From the NCBI GenBank assembly GCA_040767195.1, contig JAXGPA010000006.1:75084-139083 (forward strand): a DNA stretch of 64,000 bases, read 5' to 3'. A program made the translations under genes and the position numbers. Of the stretch, positions 10,505 to 21,180 are shown in pieces; within the stretch, counting starts at the first letter, position 1, and each line of letters opens with the position of its first letter. The notes under the pieces were generated by a model. It was not told the DNA's origin. It saw only the letters and a list, made by a program, of their open reading frames with translations, and did not search any database. The DNA is from Syntrophales bacterium. Lineage in GTDB: Bacteria > Desulfobacterota > Syntrophia > Syntrophales > UBA6807.

Positions 10505-11692
10505 ATGACGAAAACCCTGGACAGGTATCTCCTCAAAGAAATTCTGGCCCCCTTTTTCATGGTCCTTTTCATCCTCACCTTTGTCCTTCTCATCGGACGG
10601 ATCCTTCAGATCATGGATCTCATGGTGAACAAGGGCGTGGGTGTCGTCCTCATGGGAAAAATCCTCCTCTATCTCATGCCCTCCTTCCTCATCCGGACGA
10701 TTCCCATATCCCTCCTCGCGGCGATTCTCATCGGGCTGGGAAGACTCTCCGCGGACAGCGAACTCATCGTCATGAAGGCGTCGGGAATCAGCCTTTCCCG
10801 AATCGCCCGGCCCATTTTCGCCCTGGCCCTCGCGGCGACCCTCTTCACCGCCGCCATGTCCCTCTTCCTGTCCCCCGCGAGCAACCACGCCATGAGGACC
10901 CTTCTCTTTGACCTGGCCCGCCAGAAGGCCGGCGTCGGAATCAAGGAGAAAGTCTTCAACAACCAGTTCAAGGACATGGTCCTCTACGCCGAGAAAATCG
11001 ACCCCCGGGGCGATTTCATGGAAAACGTCTTCATCGCCGACAGCCGCCTTCTCAAGGAAACTACCGTCATCACCGCTCACAAGGCCTTCCTCGTGTCGGA
11101 CCCCGACCGGTTGACCCTGTCCTTTCGTCTCATCCAGGGAAGCACCCACCAGGCGGACCCCCGGAAAGGGACCTACCAGAAAATGGATTTCAATTCCTAC
11201 GACCTGAACCTGGATCTCTCTGTGGAAGGGCAAAATGACGTTCTCACCCAGCGGAAAAGCAAGGAAATGAGTTTTTTCGAGCTTCTCGGGAAGGCCCGGG
11301 GAAGCCGCCCCGACACCCCGGAAAGCCGGGAGCTTGTCATCGAGCTTCACACGAAGCTCACCCTTCCCCTGTCCTGCCTCCTTTTCGCTCTCGTGGGCAT
11401 CCCCCTCTCCATGAGCCGGCACCGGTCCGGCCGGGCCTGGGGATTTTCCGTGGCCATCGCCGTGGTCATGATCTACTACTTTCTCCAGATGACCGTGGAA
11501 TCCCTGGGAGAACGGGGATTCCTCCCCGCCGCCCCGGGGACGTGGATTCCCAACGTTCTCTTCGCCATCGCCGGCGGCAGGCTTTTCCACCTCGCCTCGA
11601 AGGAGAGTCCGCTTTTCCGGGAACGGGCCTTGCCGGGATGGATCGCCCGGGCCGCGAACGTCTTCAGGTTTTCAGGGAAAGGTGACCGGTGA
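10505..11692 (+). CDS. lptF: LPS export permease LptF
   Basis: LDRYLLKE, GRLSADSELIVMKASGIS; 3+3 TM layout; paired with lptG. Confidence 0.9.
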   Translation: MTKTLDRYLLKEILAPFFMVLFILTFVLLIGRILQIMDLMVNKGVGVVLMGKILLYLMPSFLIRTIPISLLAAILIGLGRLSADSELIVMKASGISLSRIARPIFALALAATLFTAAMSLFLSPASNHAMRTLLFDLARQKAGVGIKEKVFNNQFKDMVLYAEKIDPRGDFMENVFIADSRLLKETTVITAHKAFLVSDPDRLTLSFRLIQGSTHQADPRKGTYQKMDFNSYDLNLDLSVEGQNDVLTQRKSKEMSFFELLGKARGSRPDTPESRELVIELHTKLTLPLSCLLFALVGIPLSMSRHRSGRAWGFSVAIAVVMIYYFLQMTVESLGERGFLPAAPGTWIPNVLFAIAGGRLFHLASKESPLFRERALPGWIARAANVFRFSGKGDR

Positions 11693-12777
11693 AAGTCGTC
11701 GACAGGTACATACTCAGGGAATTCACCAAGAAATTCGGACTCGTTCTCGTTTCCATCGTCGGGATTTACATCATCGTGGACTTTTTCGAGAGGATCCGGA
11801 TGTTTCTCAGCAACGGCGCCTCGGCGGGGCAGGTGATTTCCTATTTCCTTTACCAGGTCCCCATGATCGTTTCCCTTCTCCTGCCCGTTTCGGTTCTCCT
11901 GGGAACGCTCATCACCTTTTCGACCCTGTCGAAAAACAGCGAGATCGCGGCTCTCAGGGCCGGGGGTGTGAGCCTGTACCGCATCGCCGTCCCCGTCCTT
12001 CTCCTGGCCGCGGGGATCTCACTGTTCTCCTTTCTGCTCAGCGAGTACGTCACCCCCGTGACAAATCAGCGGGTCAAGCGCCTCGTGTACGTGGAGGTCC
12101 AGAAGCGGGGGCAGCAGCTCACCGTCTTCGGGCGGAACGAGATCTGGTACCGGGGCCGTGACGGCATCTACCACTTCCGGCACTATAACCCCGAAACGGT
12201 CACATTGAGGGGAATCACCATCCATTATCTCGATCCCGGGGACGGGAGCGTCACACGGCGGGTTGACGCGGAGAGGGCCGCCTGGAACGGGCAGGATTGG
12301 ATATTCCACAACCTGCTGGTGACCACCTTCCCCGCCGGGGGCGTTCCCAGCCTGGAAAAAACCGCTGTGATGAAAGCCGATCTACCGGAAAAACCGACGG
12401 ACTTCCTCGTCGTTCAGAAGAGCGCCGACGAAATGGGCTACGGGGAACTGAAAAAATACATCGGGAAGCTGCAGTCGGACGGATATGACGCTGCCCGTTA
12501 CCGGGCCGACCTGTACGGAAAGACGGCGTTCCCCTTCGTGAGCCTCATCCTGGCCGTCATGGGAATTTCCTTTTCCCTGCTCCGGTCGGAAAGAAGCGGG
12601 GGCATCTCGCTCGCCATCACGGCGGGGATCCTCATCGGGTTCTCGTACTGGATTGTCTTCGCCGTCACCCTGTCCCTGGGCCGCTCCGGCACCCTTCCCC
12701 CGCTGCTCTCGGCCTGGGCGGCCAATCTCCTCTTCGGGAGCGCCGCGACGATCATGTTCCTGAAAGTGAGAACGTGA
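11689..12777 (+). CDS. lptG: LPS export permease LptG
   Basis: DRYILREF, LSKNSEIAALRAGGVS, LPPLLSAW; GTGA overlap with lptF. Confidence 0.9.
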   Translation: MKVVDRYILREFTKKFGLVLVSIVGIYIIVDFFERIRMFLSNGASAGQVISYFLYQVPMIVSLLLPVSVLLGTLITFSTLSKNSEIAALRAGGVSLYRIAVPVLLLAAGISLFSFLLSEYVTPVTNQRVKRLVYVEVQKRGQQLTVFGRNEIWYRGRDGIYHFRHYNPETVTLRGITIHYLDPGDGSVTRRVDAERAAWNGQDWIFHNLLVTTFPAGGVPSLEKTAVMKADLPEKPTDFLVVQKSADEMGYGELKKYIGKLQSDGYDAARYRADLYGKTAFPFVSLILAVMGISFSLLRSERSGGISLAITAGILIGFSYWIVFAVTLSLGRSGTLPPLLSAWAANLLFGSAATIMFLKVRT

Positions 12778-12804
12778 TGGCGCTGTAAAAACGGCGCATT
12801 CCTT

Positions 12805-14061
12805 TCAGGTTCCCGTCTCCCAGGAGCGGAGATATTTTTCCTGCTCCGCCGTGAGGGTGTCGATGGAGATGCCCATGGCCGCCAGCTTGAGCCGGGCGAT
12901 TTCCCGATCGATGGAAGAGGGGACCGAATAGACCTTCCTGTCCAGGGTCGCGCCTTCCCTGACGAGATACTCCGCCGAAAGGGCCTGGTTGGCGAAACTC
13001 ATGTCCATGACGCTGGAGGGGTGCCCTTCGGCGGCAGCCAGGTTCACGAGCCTTCCCTCGCCGAGAAGATAGATCCGCCGGCCGTCGGCCAGGGTGTATT
13101 CGCCGATGTGCTCCCGGATCGGGCGGCGATTCACCGAGGCCTCCTCGAGACCGGCGATATCGAGCTCCACGTTGAAGTGCCCCGAGTTGGAAACGATGGC
13201 CCCGTCCTTCATGTCGAGGAAGTGCTCCTTGCGGATCACGTTGATGTCTCCCGTGAGGGTGCAGAAAAAATCTCCGATTCGGGAAGCCTCGGCGATGGGC
13301 ATGACCCGGTAGCCGTCCATGACGGCTTCCAGGGCCCTCAGGGGATCGATCTCGGTGACCACCACCGAAGCCCCCATGCCGGCGGCCCGCATGGCCAGCC
13401 CCCGGGCACACCAGCCGTAGCCGCACACGACGAAGACGGACCCGGCGATGAGGCGGTTCGTCGCCCGGATGATCCCGTCGATGGTGCTCTGGCCGGTTCC
13501 GTAGCGGTTGTCGAAAAGATGCTTCGTGTCGGCGTCGTTCACAGCGATCATGGGAAACAGGAGAACGCCGTCTTCCGCCATGGCCCGCAGGCGGATCACG
13601 CCCGTCGTCGTCTCCTCCGTACCGCCGACAACCCGTTCCGCCAGGGCCGGGCGGTCCCGGTGGATGGTGGAAACGAGATCGGCCCCGTCATCCATGGTCA
13701 TGGTGGGGTTCCGGTCGAGAACGGCGTTGATGTGACTGTAGTACGTTTCCGTGTCTTCTCCCCGGACGGCGAAAACAGGAATCTCCCTGTGGCGGACGAG
13801 ATAGGCCGCCACGGCGTCCTGGGTGCTCAGGGGGTTTGAGGCGCACAGGTACACGTCCGCCCCCCCGGCCTTCAGGGTTTCCACGAGGCTGGCCGTTTCC
13901 GTGGTCACATGAAGGCAGGTCCCCAGGACAACCCCTTTCAGGGGTTTTTCCCGTTCGAACCGCCGGCGGATGCTGTTCAGGACAGGCATGCTCTGGTTCG
14001 CCCACTCTACCTTGAGGGCGCCCTCATCGGCCAGCCCCGGATCTTTGATGTGAAACTCCAT
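12805..14061 (-). CDS. ahcY: Adenosylhomocysteinase
   Basis: [52 protein letters not shown]. Confidence 0.96.
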   Translation of the reverse strand: MEFHIKDPGLADEGALKVEWANQSMPVLNSIRRRFEREKPLKGVVLGTCLHVTTETASLVETLKAGGADVYLCASNPLSTQDAVAAYLVRHREIPVFAVRGEDTETYYSHINAVLDRNPTMTMDDGADLVSTIHRDRPALAERVVGGTEETTTGVIRLRAMAEDGVLLFPMIAVNDADTKHLFDNRYGTGQSTIDGIIRATNRLIAGSVFVVCGYGWCARGLAMRAAGMGASVVVTEIDPLRALEAVMDGYRVMPIAEASRIGDFFCTLTGDINVIRKEHFLDMKDGAIVSNSGHFNVELDIAGLEEASVNRRPIREHIGEYTLADGRRIYLLGEGRLVNLAAAEGHPSSVMDMSFANQALSAEYLVREGATLDRKVYSVPSSIDREIARLKLAAMGISIDTLTAEQEKYLRSWETGT

Positions 14062-14164
14062 GGTCTTCCTTTCTTTTCTTTTATTGGTCCGTCACCGGTC
14101 GGGCGGTCGTGACGGGGGGGCGGAGAGCCTTCTTCCCTCCCGGCATTCGGGCGCTATCCCGGAG

Positions 14165-15340
14165 CTACAGGCCCGCTTCCCGTCTCAGGACATCCGCCCG
14201 GTCCGCCTTTTCCCAGGGAAAATCATCAAGGAAAAAGGTGACGGCGATGCGCCTGTACATGTCGCCTTTCAAGAGATCGAAGGACTCGATGAGCCCCTTG
14301 GGGGTAAAATCGAAGACCCTTTCCACCAGGACCGACAGGTCCTCGTCGGGGAGGACCCCCGTCCCGAAGGTGTGGACGTTCACCGACAGGGGCCGGGCGA
14401 CGCCGATGGCGTAGGCGAGCTGAACGGAACATTTCCGGGCCAGGCCGGCGGCCACCACGTTTTTGGCGGCGTAACGGGCGCCGAAGGCGGCGCTGCAGTC
14501 AACCTTCTCGGGGGACTTGTTCACCACGGACCCGCCGCCGAGCTGGGCCCCCGGGTGAGCCCCGTAGAACTGGCACACCAGTTTCCGCCCGGTGACCCCC
14601 GAATCGGCGGCGCTGCAGGAATGGACGGCCTGCCACTCCCCGGTGGGGTTGAACAGGAATTCCGTCCTGTCGTCGACCCAGTCCTTCAGGCAGCCGAAGG
14701 CGATTTTCTTCGCCTCTTCCTCCACGCTCTCCCGGCTGTCCGTCACCATCCGGTAGTCCACGGCGTTGGACATGAGCACCTTGGCGAGCCGTCGGGGCTG
14801 TCCCCCGGCATCGTATTCCACGGTGACCTGCCCCTTGCCGTCGGGGGCGAAAACGGGGTTTCCGCACTTTTCGAAAGTCCGCATGAGGCGGTTCACCAGG
14901 ACATAGGGAAGGGGCAGAAGTTCCGGGGTTTCGTCGCAGGCGAAACCGTACATGATCCCCTGGTCCCCCGCCCCGATCTCGCGGTGTTTTCCCAGGTCCG
15001 CCCGGGTTCCCATGTTGATGTCCGGAGACTGGGGAATGACCGCCGTGAGAACCCCCATGGAATGGCCGTTGAGACCGACGGCGGCGTCGCTGTACCCCAG
15101 GGACAGGACGGTCTGCCGGACGATCTTCTCGATGTCCACGTAAACCCGGGTGGAAATTTCACCCCCGACAAGGCAGAACCCCTTGCCCAGAAAGACTTCG
15201 AGGCCGCAGTGGGGCATATTGAAGACATCGAGGCCCAGCTCGGCCTCCTCGTCCAGGATTTGGGCGATGACATGGGCCGCGATGGTGTCGGCCACCACGT
15301 CCGGGTGGCCCTGCTTGATTCCCTCCGATGAAATCAGCAT
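14165..15340 (-). CDS. metK: Divergent methionine adenosyltransferase
   Basis: GHPD, QSPDI, GAGDQGIMYGFA, PDGK.QVT, DSGVTGRK, KVD.SAA; directly upstream of ahcY. Confidence 0.85.
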   Translation of the reverse strand: MLISSEGIKQGHPDVVADTIAAHVIAQILDEEAELGLDVFNMPHCGLEVFLGKGFCLVGGEISTRVYVDIEKIVRQTVLSLGYSDAAVGLNGHSMGVLTAVIPQSPDINMGTRADLGKHREIGAGDQGIMYGFACDETPELLPLPYVLVNRLMRTFEKCGNPVFAPDGKGQVTVEYDAGGQPRRLAKVLMSNAVDYRMVTDSRESVEEEAKKIAFGCLKDWVDDRTEFLFNPTGEWQAVHSCSAADSGVTGRKLVCQFYGAHPGAQLGGGSVVNKSPEKVDCSAAFGARYAAKNVVAAGLARKCSVQLAYAIGVARPLSVNVHTFGTGVLPDEDLSVLVERVFDFTPKGLIESFDLLKGDMYRRIAVTFFLDDFPWEKADRADVLRREAGL

Positions 15341-15356
15341 TCCTCAGCCTCCTCGT

Positions 15357-16001
15357 TTATTCTTTCCGGTTCCCCGTTCCGGGGGCGCTGTTCCCGCTGC
15401 CCACCGGCGGCGAGATCATCCCCCCCGATATGATGAGCGTGAAGGCGTCCTCCACGGTCATGTTGAGATTGACCACGTCGCTCTCGGGGATCATGAGATA
15501 GAAACCCGACGTGGGGTTCGGCGTCGTGGGAACAAAGAGGTTGAGGACCGTTCCGGTGGTCTTCTTCTGAACCTCGCCCTTGGCGATTCCCGTGACAAAG
15601 GCGATACAGTAGATGCCCGGCCGGGGATACTCGATGAGGACCACCCGCCGGAAGCTCATGCTCCTGTCGCCGAAGAGGGCCTCGATGAACTGTTTCACCG
15701 CCTTGTAAATGCTTCGGACAAGGGGAATCTTGTCGACGAGCCACTCACCGAGGCCGACGAACTTCTTGCCCAGGTAGCTGCGGGTGACGAGCCCCACGGC
15801 GAAGATGAACAGGATGGTGAAGATGATCCCCAGGCCCGGGATGTGGAAAGGGAGAAAGCGGTCGGGATGAAACCGGGGGGGGATGAACTGGATGAGGCTG
15901 TCCATCATGCGGACAGTGATGAAGAGCACGTAGACGGTCACGCTGATGGGAACGGTGGCGGCGAGGCCTGTGAGAAAAATTTTCTTGAGGGCGTTTTTCA
16001 T
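15357..16001 (-). CDS. DUF502-family membrane protein
   Basis: FLTGL, IPLVRSIY, VLIEYPRPG, FVPTTPNPTSGF, IISGG. Confidence 0.88.
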   Translation of the reverse strand: MKNALKKIFLTGLAATVPISVTVYVLFITVRMMDSLIQFIPPRFHPDRFLPFHIPGLGIIFTILFIFAVGLVTRSYLGKKFVGLGEWLVDKIPLVRSIYKAVKQFIEALFGDRSMSFRRVVLIEYPRPGIYCIAFVTGIAKGEVQKKTTGTVLNLFVPTTPNPTSGFYLMIPESDVVNLNMTVEDAFTLIISGGMISPPVGSGNSAPGTGNRKE

Positions 16002-16090
16002 CTGTCCCGAGCCTGTGATATCGGAAAGTGCCGGCAGTCTGGTTCCTTAGCAGAAAGGCCGGGCTTTATCAACGACTCTTTCCACCCATG

Positions 16091-16119
16091 AAAAAAGGCG
16101 GTCCGTCAAGCGAACCGCC
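16091..16119 (-). terminator. Intrinsic terminator after panD
   Basis: Minus strand GGCGGTTCG-cttga-CGGACCGCC-TTTTTT. Confidence 0.7.
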
Positions 16120-16163
16120 CCTCGTCATGGGTCAGGTGAAAAGCCGGAAGTGCGTCCGGCCGG

Positions 16164-16523
16164 TCAATCCTTCTTCGTCTTGATCCTGTTTTTCCCGTCG
16201 AGGAAAACGCAGCGGGCCTTCCAGTTCCGGGCCTCCCGGTCTTCCACGTTCACATAGCTGGCGATGATGATCAGGTCCCCCCGCGATCCCTTCCTGGCGG
16301 CGGCCCCGTTCAGGCAGATGACGCCCGACCCCCGTTCACCCCTGATCACGTAGGTGGAAAAGCGTTCTCCGTTGGAAACGTTGTAAATGTCCACTTTCTC
16401 ATAGGGTAGAAAATCCGCCGCCTCCATCAGGTTCTCGTCGATGGCGATGCTGCCCTCGTAATCCAGGCAGGATTCGGTGATCGTCGCCCGATGAAGCTTT
16501 GACTTCAACATGATTCTCTCCAT
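16164..16523 (-). CDS. panD: Aspartate 1-decarboxylase
   Basis: [14 protein letters not shown] autocleavage site, [15 protein letters not shown]. Confidence 0.96.
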   Translation of the reverse strand: MERIMLKSKLHRATITESCLDYEGSIAIDENLMEAADFLPYEKVDIYNVSNGERFSTYVIRGERGSGVICLNGAAARKGSRGDLIIIASYVNVEDREARNWKARCVFLDGKNRIKTKKD

Positions 16524-16556
16524 GACTCACCACTCTCCGGTCGCTTGCGCGTTATT

Positions 16557-17417
16557 TTATGGAATATCCAGGGGCTCGCCGAGGACATGGTTGTCGATGA
16601 GCCTCGGCAGACCCACGCGGACCGCCAGGGCGAGAACGGCCTTTCCCTCGATCCGTTCGACGTCCTCCAGCGATTCGGCATCACACAGTTCGGCATAATC
16701 GATCCTGGCGTGGGGGTGAGACCCGATGAACGCGGTCACCCGGTCCAGGATCTTCCCGGCGTCCCGCTCCCCCTTCTCGTACAGGGTCTCGGCCAGGCGC
16801 AGGGCCCGGCTGAGGCTCAAGGCGGATTCCCTCTCCTCGGGCTTCAGATAGGTGTTCCGGGAACTCATGGCGAGCCCGTCGGGCTCCCGCAGGGTGGCCA
16901 TACCCACGACTTCCAGGTCCATGTTGAGATCGGAAACCATCCGGCGGATGGTCACGAGCTGCTGGTAATCCTTTCTGCCGAAAACGGTCACGTGGGGCTT
17001 GACGATATTGAAAAGCTTGGCGCAGACCGTCGTCACCCCCCGGAAATGGGTCGGCCGCGACCGGCCGCAGAGATTCCGGGTCACCTTCTCCACATTCACA
17101 AAGGTCTGATAGCCCTCGGGGTACATGGCCTCGTTGGAGGGGTAAAAGACGACGTCCACCCCCACATCCTCGGAGAGCTTGAGATCCCGATCAAGGTCCC
17201 TCGGGTATTTTTCGAAATCCTCCCCCGGCCCGAACTGGGTGGGGTTCACATAAATGCTCGTGACCAGGCAGTTCCCTCTTTTTCGCCCCTCCCTCATCAG
17301 CATGAGATGCCCTTCGTGGAGATACCCCATGGTGGGAACGAAGGCGATCTTTTTGCCGGCAAGCCTCAGGGATTCCGAGAATTGCTGCATTTTTTCGGGA
17401 GATTCGATGATTTTCAT
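16557..17417 (-). CDS. panC: Pantoate--beta-alanine ligase
   Basis: [46 protein letters not shown]; start set at MKIIES. Confidence 0.96.
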   Translation of the reverse strand: MKIIESPEKMQQFSESLRLAGKKIAFVPTMGYLHEGHLMLMREGRKRGNCLVTSIYVNPTQFGPGEDFEKYPRDLDRDLKLSEDVGVDVVFYPSNEAMYPEGYQTFVNVEKVTRNLCGRSRPTHFRGVTTVCAKLFNIVKPHVTVFGRKDYQQLVTIRRMVSDLNMDLEVVGMATLREPDGLAMSSRNTYLKPEERESALSLSRALRLAETLYEKGERDAGKILDRVTAFIGSHPHARIDYAELCDAESLEDVERIEGKAVLALAVRVGLPRLIDNHVLGEPLDIP

Positions 17418-17435
17418 GGTCTGCCCGTCCTTTCG

Positions 17436-17529
17436 AAAAAAAAAGCCTCCCCTCTGAGACGGGAGGCTTTCATTCACGGTCATCCGTCGACTCTCTCCGT
17501 CCCAGTCCGTAACCGGATCCAGGCGGTCC
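17436..17529 (-). ncRNA. pan-RNA-motif-like leader with terminator/antiterminator
   Basis: CCGCCTGGATCCG-gtta-CGGACTGGGACGG bulged hairpin, then GCCTCCCGTCTCAGAGGGGAGGC + T run; CTGGGACGG can pair with CCGTCTCAG; upstream of panCD. Confidence 0.7.
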
Positions 17530-17535
17530 GAAGCC

Positions 17536-17564
17536 GAGGTACCAGACTCAACCGCTGTTGTCAA
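17536..17564 (-). promoter_or_regulatory. Sigma70-like promoter of panCD leader
   Basis: TTGACA-N17-TACCTC with extended TG. Confidence 0.5.
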
Positions 17565-17595
17565 GAAAAATATGGGGATTCGGTTTTCTTTCTCT

Positions 17596-18267
17596 TCACG
17601 AATGGGACGTCTTCATGGCGTCCGACACGGTGTGACCCTGGCTGTCGAGTTTTTCGATCAGCGTTTTCTGATACTGAAGAATGATCCTGACCGTTTCCTC
17701 CGGTTCTTTTTTCAGCCGCTCCAGGCAGATTTTCAGGGCCTCTTCGAACTGACCGGCCCGCCGGAGCAGGTCCACCAGGATCGCCTCCTCCAGCCCGGCG
17801 TCTTCGGCAAACCACTGGCCGTTTTCCCGCGCCTTCATGAAAAGATCGGACGCCTTTTTCCGGGCGGCCGTCGCCCCTTCCTCGAACCCGGCGTCGTCGC
17901 AGGCCCAGGCGGCGTGAATGGCTCCCCATCCCGCTTTCTGATACTCTTTCTGGCTTTCCTGGAGAAGAGACCAGCACAGAAACTGGTTGGCCAGTCTCGG
18001 GTAAGCGGAATTTTCCAGCGTCTTCCGGTATGCGTCACTTTTCACCACGGCTTCGTAAGCCTTGTCCCCCTCGGACAGGTCCGGGGCGCAGTACCGGCAT
18101 GACGGACAGCTGTGAATCCAGTACGACAGGCTGGAACGTTCCGGTTCCGGCGGCCTGGAATCGAGGTCCGTCGAACCCAGGGAGGCCGTTGAAATAACCC
18201 CCGTGTGAACGCTTTCCGTACCGCAGAGGAAACAGTTCTTCGTCTTTTCTCCAAAGGTTTTCAGCAT
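17596..18267 (-). CDS. DUF2225-like Zn-ribbon/helical-repeat protein
   Basis: CFLC ... TDLDSRP ... [34 protein letters not shown]. Confidence 0.72.
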   Translation of the reverse strand: MLKTFGEKTKNCFLCGTESVHTGVISTASLGSTDLDSRPPEPERSSLSYWIHSCPSCRYCAPDLSEGDKAYEAVVKSDAYRKTLENSAYPRLANQFLCWSLLQESQKEYQKAGWGAIHAAWACDDAGFEEGATAARKKASDLFMKARENGQWFAEDAGLEEAILVDLLRRAGQFEEALKICLERLKKEPEETVRIILQYQKTLIEKLDSQGHTVSDAMKTSHS

Positions 18268-18440
18268 GAATGCCCTCCTTATTGATCTCATCCCTTCCGG
18301 GCTTCACCCGCACGGGAGAGTGCCTTGCCCTGAAACGCCTTGAAATAAGAAAGGGGCTTGAAGAAGAATTCATTAAAGGGGATTCCGTCGAAAAAGCCCG
18401 TTTTTTTATAGCGTCCCCGGAAGGACGGGTCAAGGAATAA

Positions 18441-18580
18441 AAAAGGGGACAGATTTATTTTTTGTTTGTCATATATTCGGATTAAATAAATCTGTCCCCT
18501 TTTTCTCCAACAGGGAAAATGACCAACAGGATGTCTAAGTATTTGTCATATCGTTGAATTAAATGAATCTGTCCCTTTTT
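18441..18580. repeat. Cluster of GGGGACAGATTTATTT-type REP-like repeats
   Basis: Perfect 20-bp inverted repeat 18441-18460/18484-18503; third copy at 18561-18580 overlaps the ATPase 3' end. Confidence 0.8.
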
Positions 18581-21180
18581 TTTACGAGCTTTTCCAGTTC
18601 GACGGCGAAGAAGACGATGGATGACAGGAGAAGGGTCATGACGAGTTCCGCGAGGGTCAGGGGGGCCGTCTTGAACACGGGGTTCAGGGCGGGAACGTAA
18701 ATGGTCGCCATCTGCAGGAGAAACGTCAGGACAAAGGCGCCCAGAAGGGGCCTGTTCGACCACAGCCCCTGCCTGAAAAGGGACTCAGACTCGGATCGTA
18801 TGGCCATGACGTGGCCCATCTGGCTCAGGCACAGAACGGTGAACACCATGGTCTGCCAGTGGGCGAGACCGTTCTTGAGGGACCAGGCCTGCGTGAACAG
18901 GGTGACGAACCCCATGAGGAGCCCCACCCAGATGATGTGAACACCGAGCCCCCGGGCAAAAATGCTTTCCTGGGGATGCCGGGGCGGCCTTTCCATGACC
19001 CCCCTCTCCGCCGGCTCCGCCGCCAGGGCAAGGCCGGGAAGGCCGTCGGTGACGAGATTGATCCAGAGAATGTGAATGGGAAACAGGGGAATGGGAAGCC
19101 CCAGGAGGGGGGCGAGAAAGAGCGTCCAGATCTCCCCGGAGTTGCTTGTCATGGTGTACTTGATGAATTTGCGGATGTTGTCGAAGATCCGGCGCCCTTC
19201 CCTGACGGCCCTGACGATGGTGGCGAAATTGTCGTCCAGGAGAACCATGGAGGCGGCTTCCTTCGAAACGTCCGTGCCGGTGATTCCCATGGCCACGCCG
19301 ATATCGGCCCGTTTCAGGGCCGGCGCGTCGTTGACGCCGTCTCCCGTCATGGCGACGTACTGCCCCCGCCCCTGGAGGGCCGTCACGATTCGAAGCTTCT
19401 GCTCCGGGGCCACCCGGGCGTAGACCCGGATCCCCTCGACCCGCTCCATGAACGCCTCCTGGGACATCCCGGCCAGTTCCCGGCCCGTCACGACGGCGCC
19501 ATCACCGTCCTCCAGCATCCCCAGGCGGCGGGCAATGGTTTCAGCGGTCACCGGGTGGTCTCCCGTGATCATCACCGCGTGGATGCCCGCCCGCCGGCAG
19601 AGGGCCACGGCTTCGGCGGCCTCCTCGCGGGGCGGGTCCATCATTCCCACCAGGCCGAGAAAGACCAGGTCGTCCTCCACGTTCGCCGGCGACAGGTCAC
19701 CGGGAACGGCCGTCCATCTCCTCATGGCCACGGAAAGCACCCGCAGGCCCTCGGCGGCCATCCGGTCATTGATTCTACGGACCCCGTCGGCATCGAGGTT
19801 TTCGAGCCCCCGGGATGTCCAGACGCGCCGGGCCTTTTCCAGGAGAACGTCGGTGGCCCCCTTCGTGAAGGACACGGAGCCGCCCGGCCACTCGTGAAAG
19901 GTGGTCATGCATTTCCTTTCCGAATCGAAGGGGATTTCCGCGATCCGCCGGTGCCGGGCCTGGAGGTCCTCTTTCAGGTATCCATGGCGCCGGGCCATGT
20001 TGTAAAGGGCTGTTTCTGTCGGGTCCCCCGTGACGTCGCCGCCGGCGACCTCCCGGGCATCGTTGCAGAGCGCCAGGGCCGCCATGAGAACGGCGGCGGG
20101 GGTATCCTCCCCCCCGGGGGCGGGAAGGCGTTCCGCCCGGACCTGTTTACCGTCCACGTAGATTTCCGCCACCGTCATTCGGTTCATGGTGAGGGTTCCC
20201 GTTTTGTCGGAGCAGATGTAGGTCACGGAACCAAGGGTTTCCACGGCGGGAAGCCTGCGGATGAGGGCGTTGAGACGGACAAGTTTCCGGGCCCCCAGGG
20301 CCAGGGCAATGGTAACGACGGCGGGAAGCGCCTCGGGAATGGCCGCCACGGCGAGAGAAATCGCGGTGAGCAGCATGAGCATGAAAGGCTCTCCCCGAAG
20401 GAGGCCGATGACCAGGATAACGGCACAGACGGCGAGGACGGCCAGGGCGAGTTTCCGGCCGAAATGGGCAAGCTTTTTCTGAAGGGGTGTTTCGCCCTCC
20501 CCCGCCTCCTGGAGCATGGCGGCGATCCTGCCGAACTCCGTGTCCATCCCCGTGGCGACCACGATCCCCTGGCCCCGCCCGGCAGTGACGAACGTCCCCT
20601 TGTAGGCCATGTTCCGCCGGTCTCCCAGGGGCAGGTGCCCCGTTTCCAGGGCGTCGACCCTCTTCTCCACGGGCATGGACTCACCGGTCAGGGCCGCTTC
20701 CTCCAGCGACAGCTGCACCGCCTCGGCAAGTCTCATGTCGGCCGGTATCACGTTTCCCGCCTCGAAGACAACCCAGTCACCGGGGACGAGATCTTCCGCG
20801 GGAACCTGGACAGCCCGCCCATCCCTCACGACGGTCGCCCCGTGGGCCGCCATTTTTTTCAAGGCCTCCATGGCCCGGTCGGCCCGGTATTCCTGGACAA
20901 ACCCGATGACCGCGTTGAGAACGACGATGACGACGATGGCGACGGTGTCTGTCAACTCGCCGATGAAGCCCGATACGAGGGCGGCGGCGATGAGGACCAG
21001 GATCATGAAATCCTTGAACTGGTCCGCCAGCATGACGAGGGGCGTTTTCCGCTTCTTCTCGACGAGGGCGTTGGGACCGTGAACACCGAGGCGCCGGGAC
21101 ACCTCCGCCGCGGAAAGGCCCCTGGACGAGGTCCCCATGTCTTCCATCACCTGCCCCACGTCTCTTTCGTGCCACGCCAT
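18559..21180 (-). CDS. Cation-transporting P-type ATPase (Ca2+/P-IIA-like)
   Basis: LTGES, AIPEALP, CSDKTGTLT, MITGDH, TGDGVNDAPALK, INLVTDG; start set at MAWHERD. Confidence 0.94.
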   Translation of the reverse strand: MAWHERDVGQVMEDMGTSSRGLSAAEVSRRLGVHGPNALVEKKRKTPLVMLADQFKDFMILVLIAAALVSGFIGELTDTVAIVVIVVLNAVIGFVQEYRADRAMEALKKMAAHGATVVRDGRAVQVPAEDLVPGDWVVFEAGNVIPADMRLAEAVQLSLEEAALTGESMPVEKRVDALETGHLPLGDRRNMAYKGTFVTAGRGQGIVVATGMDTEFGRIAAMLQEAGEGETPLQKKLAHFGRKLALAVLAVCAVILVIGLLRGEPFMLMLLTAISLAVAAIPEALPAVVTIALALGARKLVRLNALIRRLPAVETLGSVTYICSDKTGTLTMNRMTVAEIYVDGKQVRAERLPAPGGEDTPAAVLMAALALCNDAREVAGGDVTGDPTETALYNMARRHGYLKEDLQARHRRIAEIPFDSERKCMTTFHEWPGGSVSFTKGATDVLLEKARRVWTSRGLENLDADGVRRINDRMAAEGLRVLSVAMRRWTAVPGDLSPANVEDDLVFLGLVGMMDPPREEAAEAVALCRRAGIHAVMITGDHPVTAETIARRLGMLEDGDGAVVTGRELAGMSQEAFMERVEGIRVYARVAPEQKLRIVTALQGRGQYVAMTGDGVNDAPALKRADIGVAMGITGTDVSKEAASMVLLDDNFATIVRAVREGRRIFDNIRKFIKYTMTSNSGEIWTLFLAPLLGLPIPLFPIHILWINLVTDGLPGLALAAEPAERGVMERPPRHPQESIFARGLGVHIIWVGLLMGFVTLFTQAWSLKNGLAHWQTMVFTVLCLSQMGHVMAIRSESESLFRQGLWSNRPLLGAFVLTFLLQMATIYVPALNPVFKTAPLTLAELVMTLLLSSIVFFAVELEKLVKKRDRFI

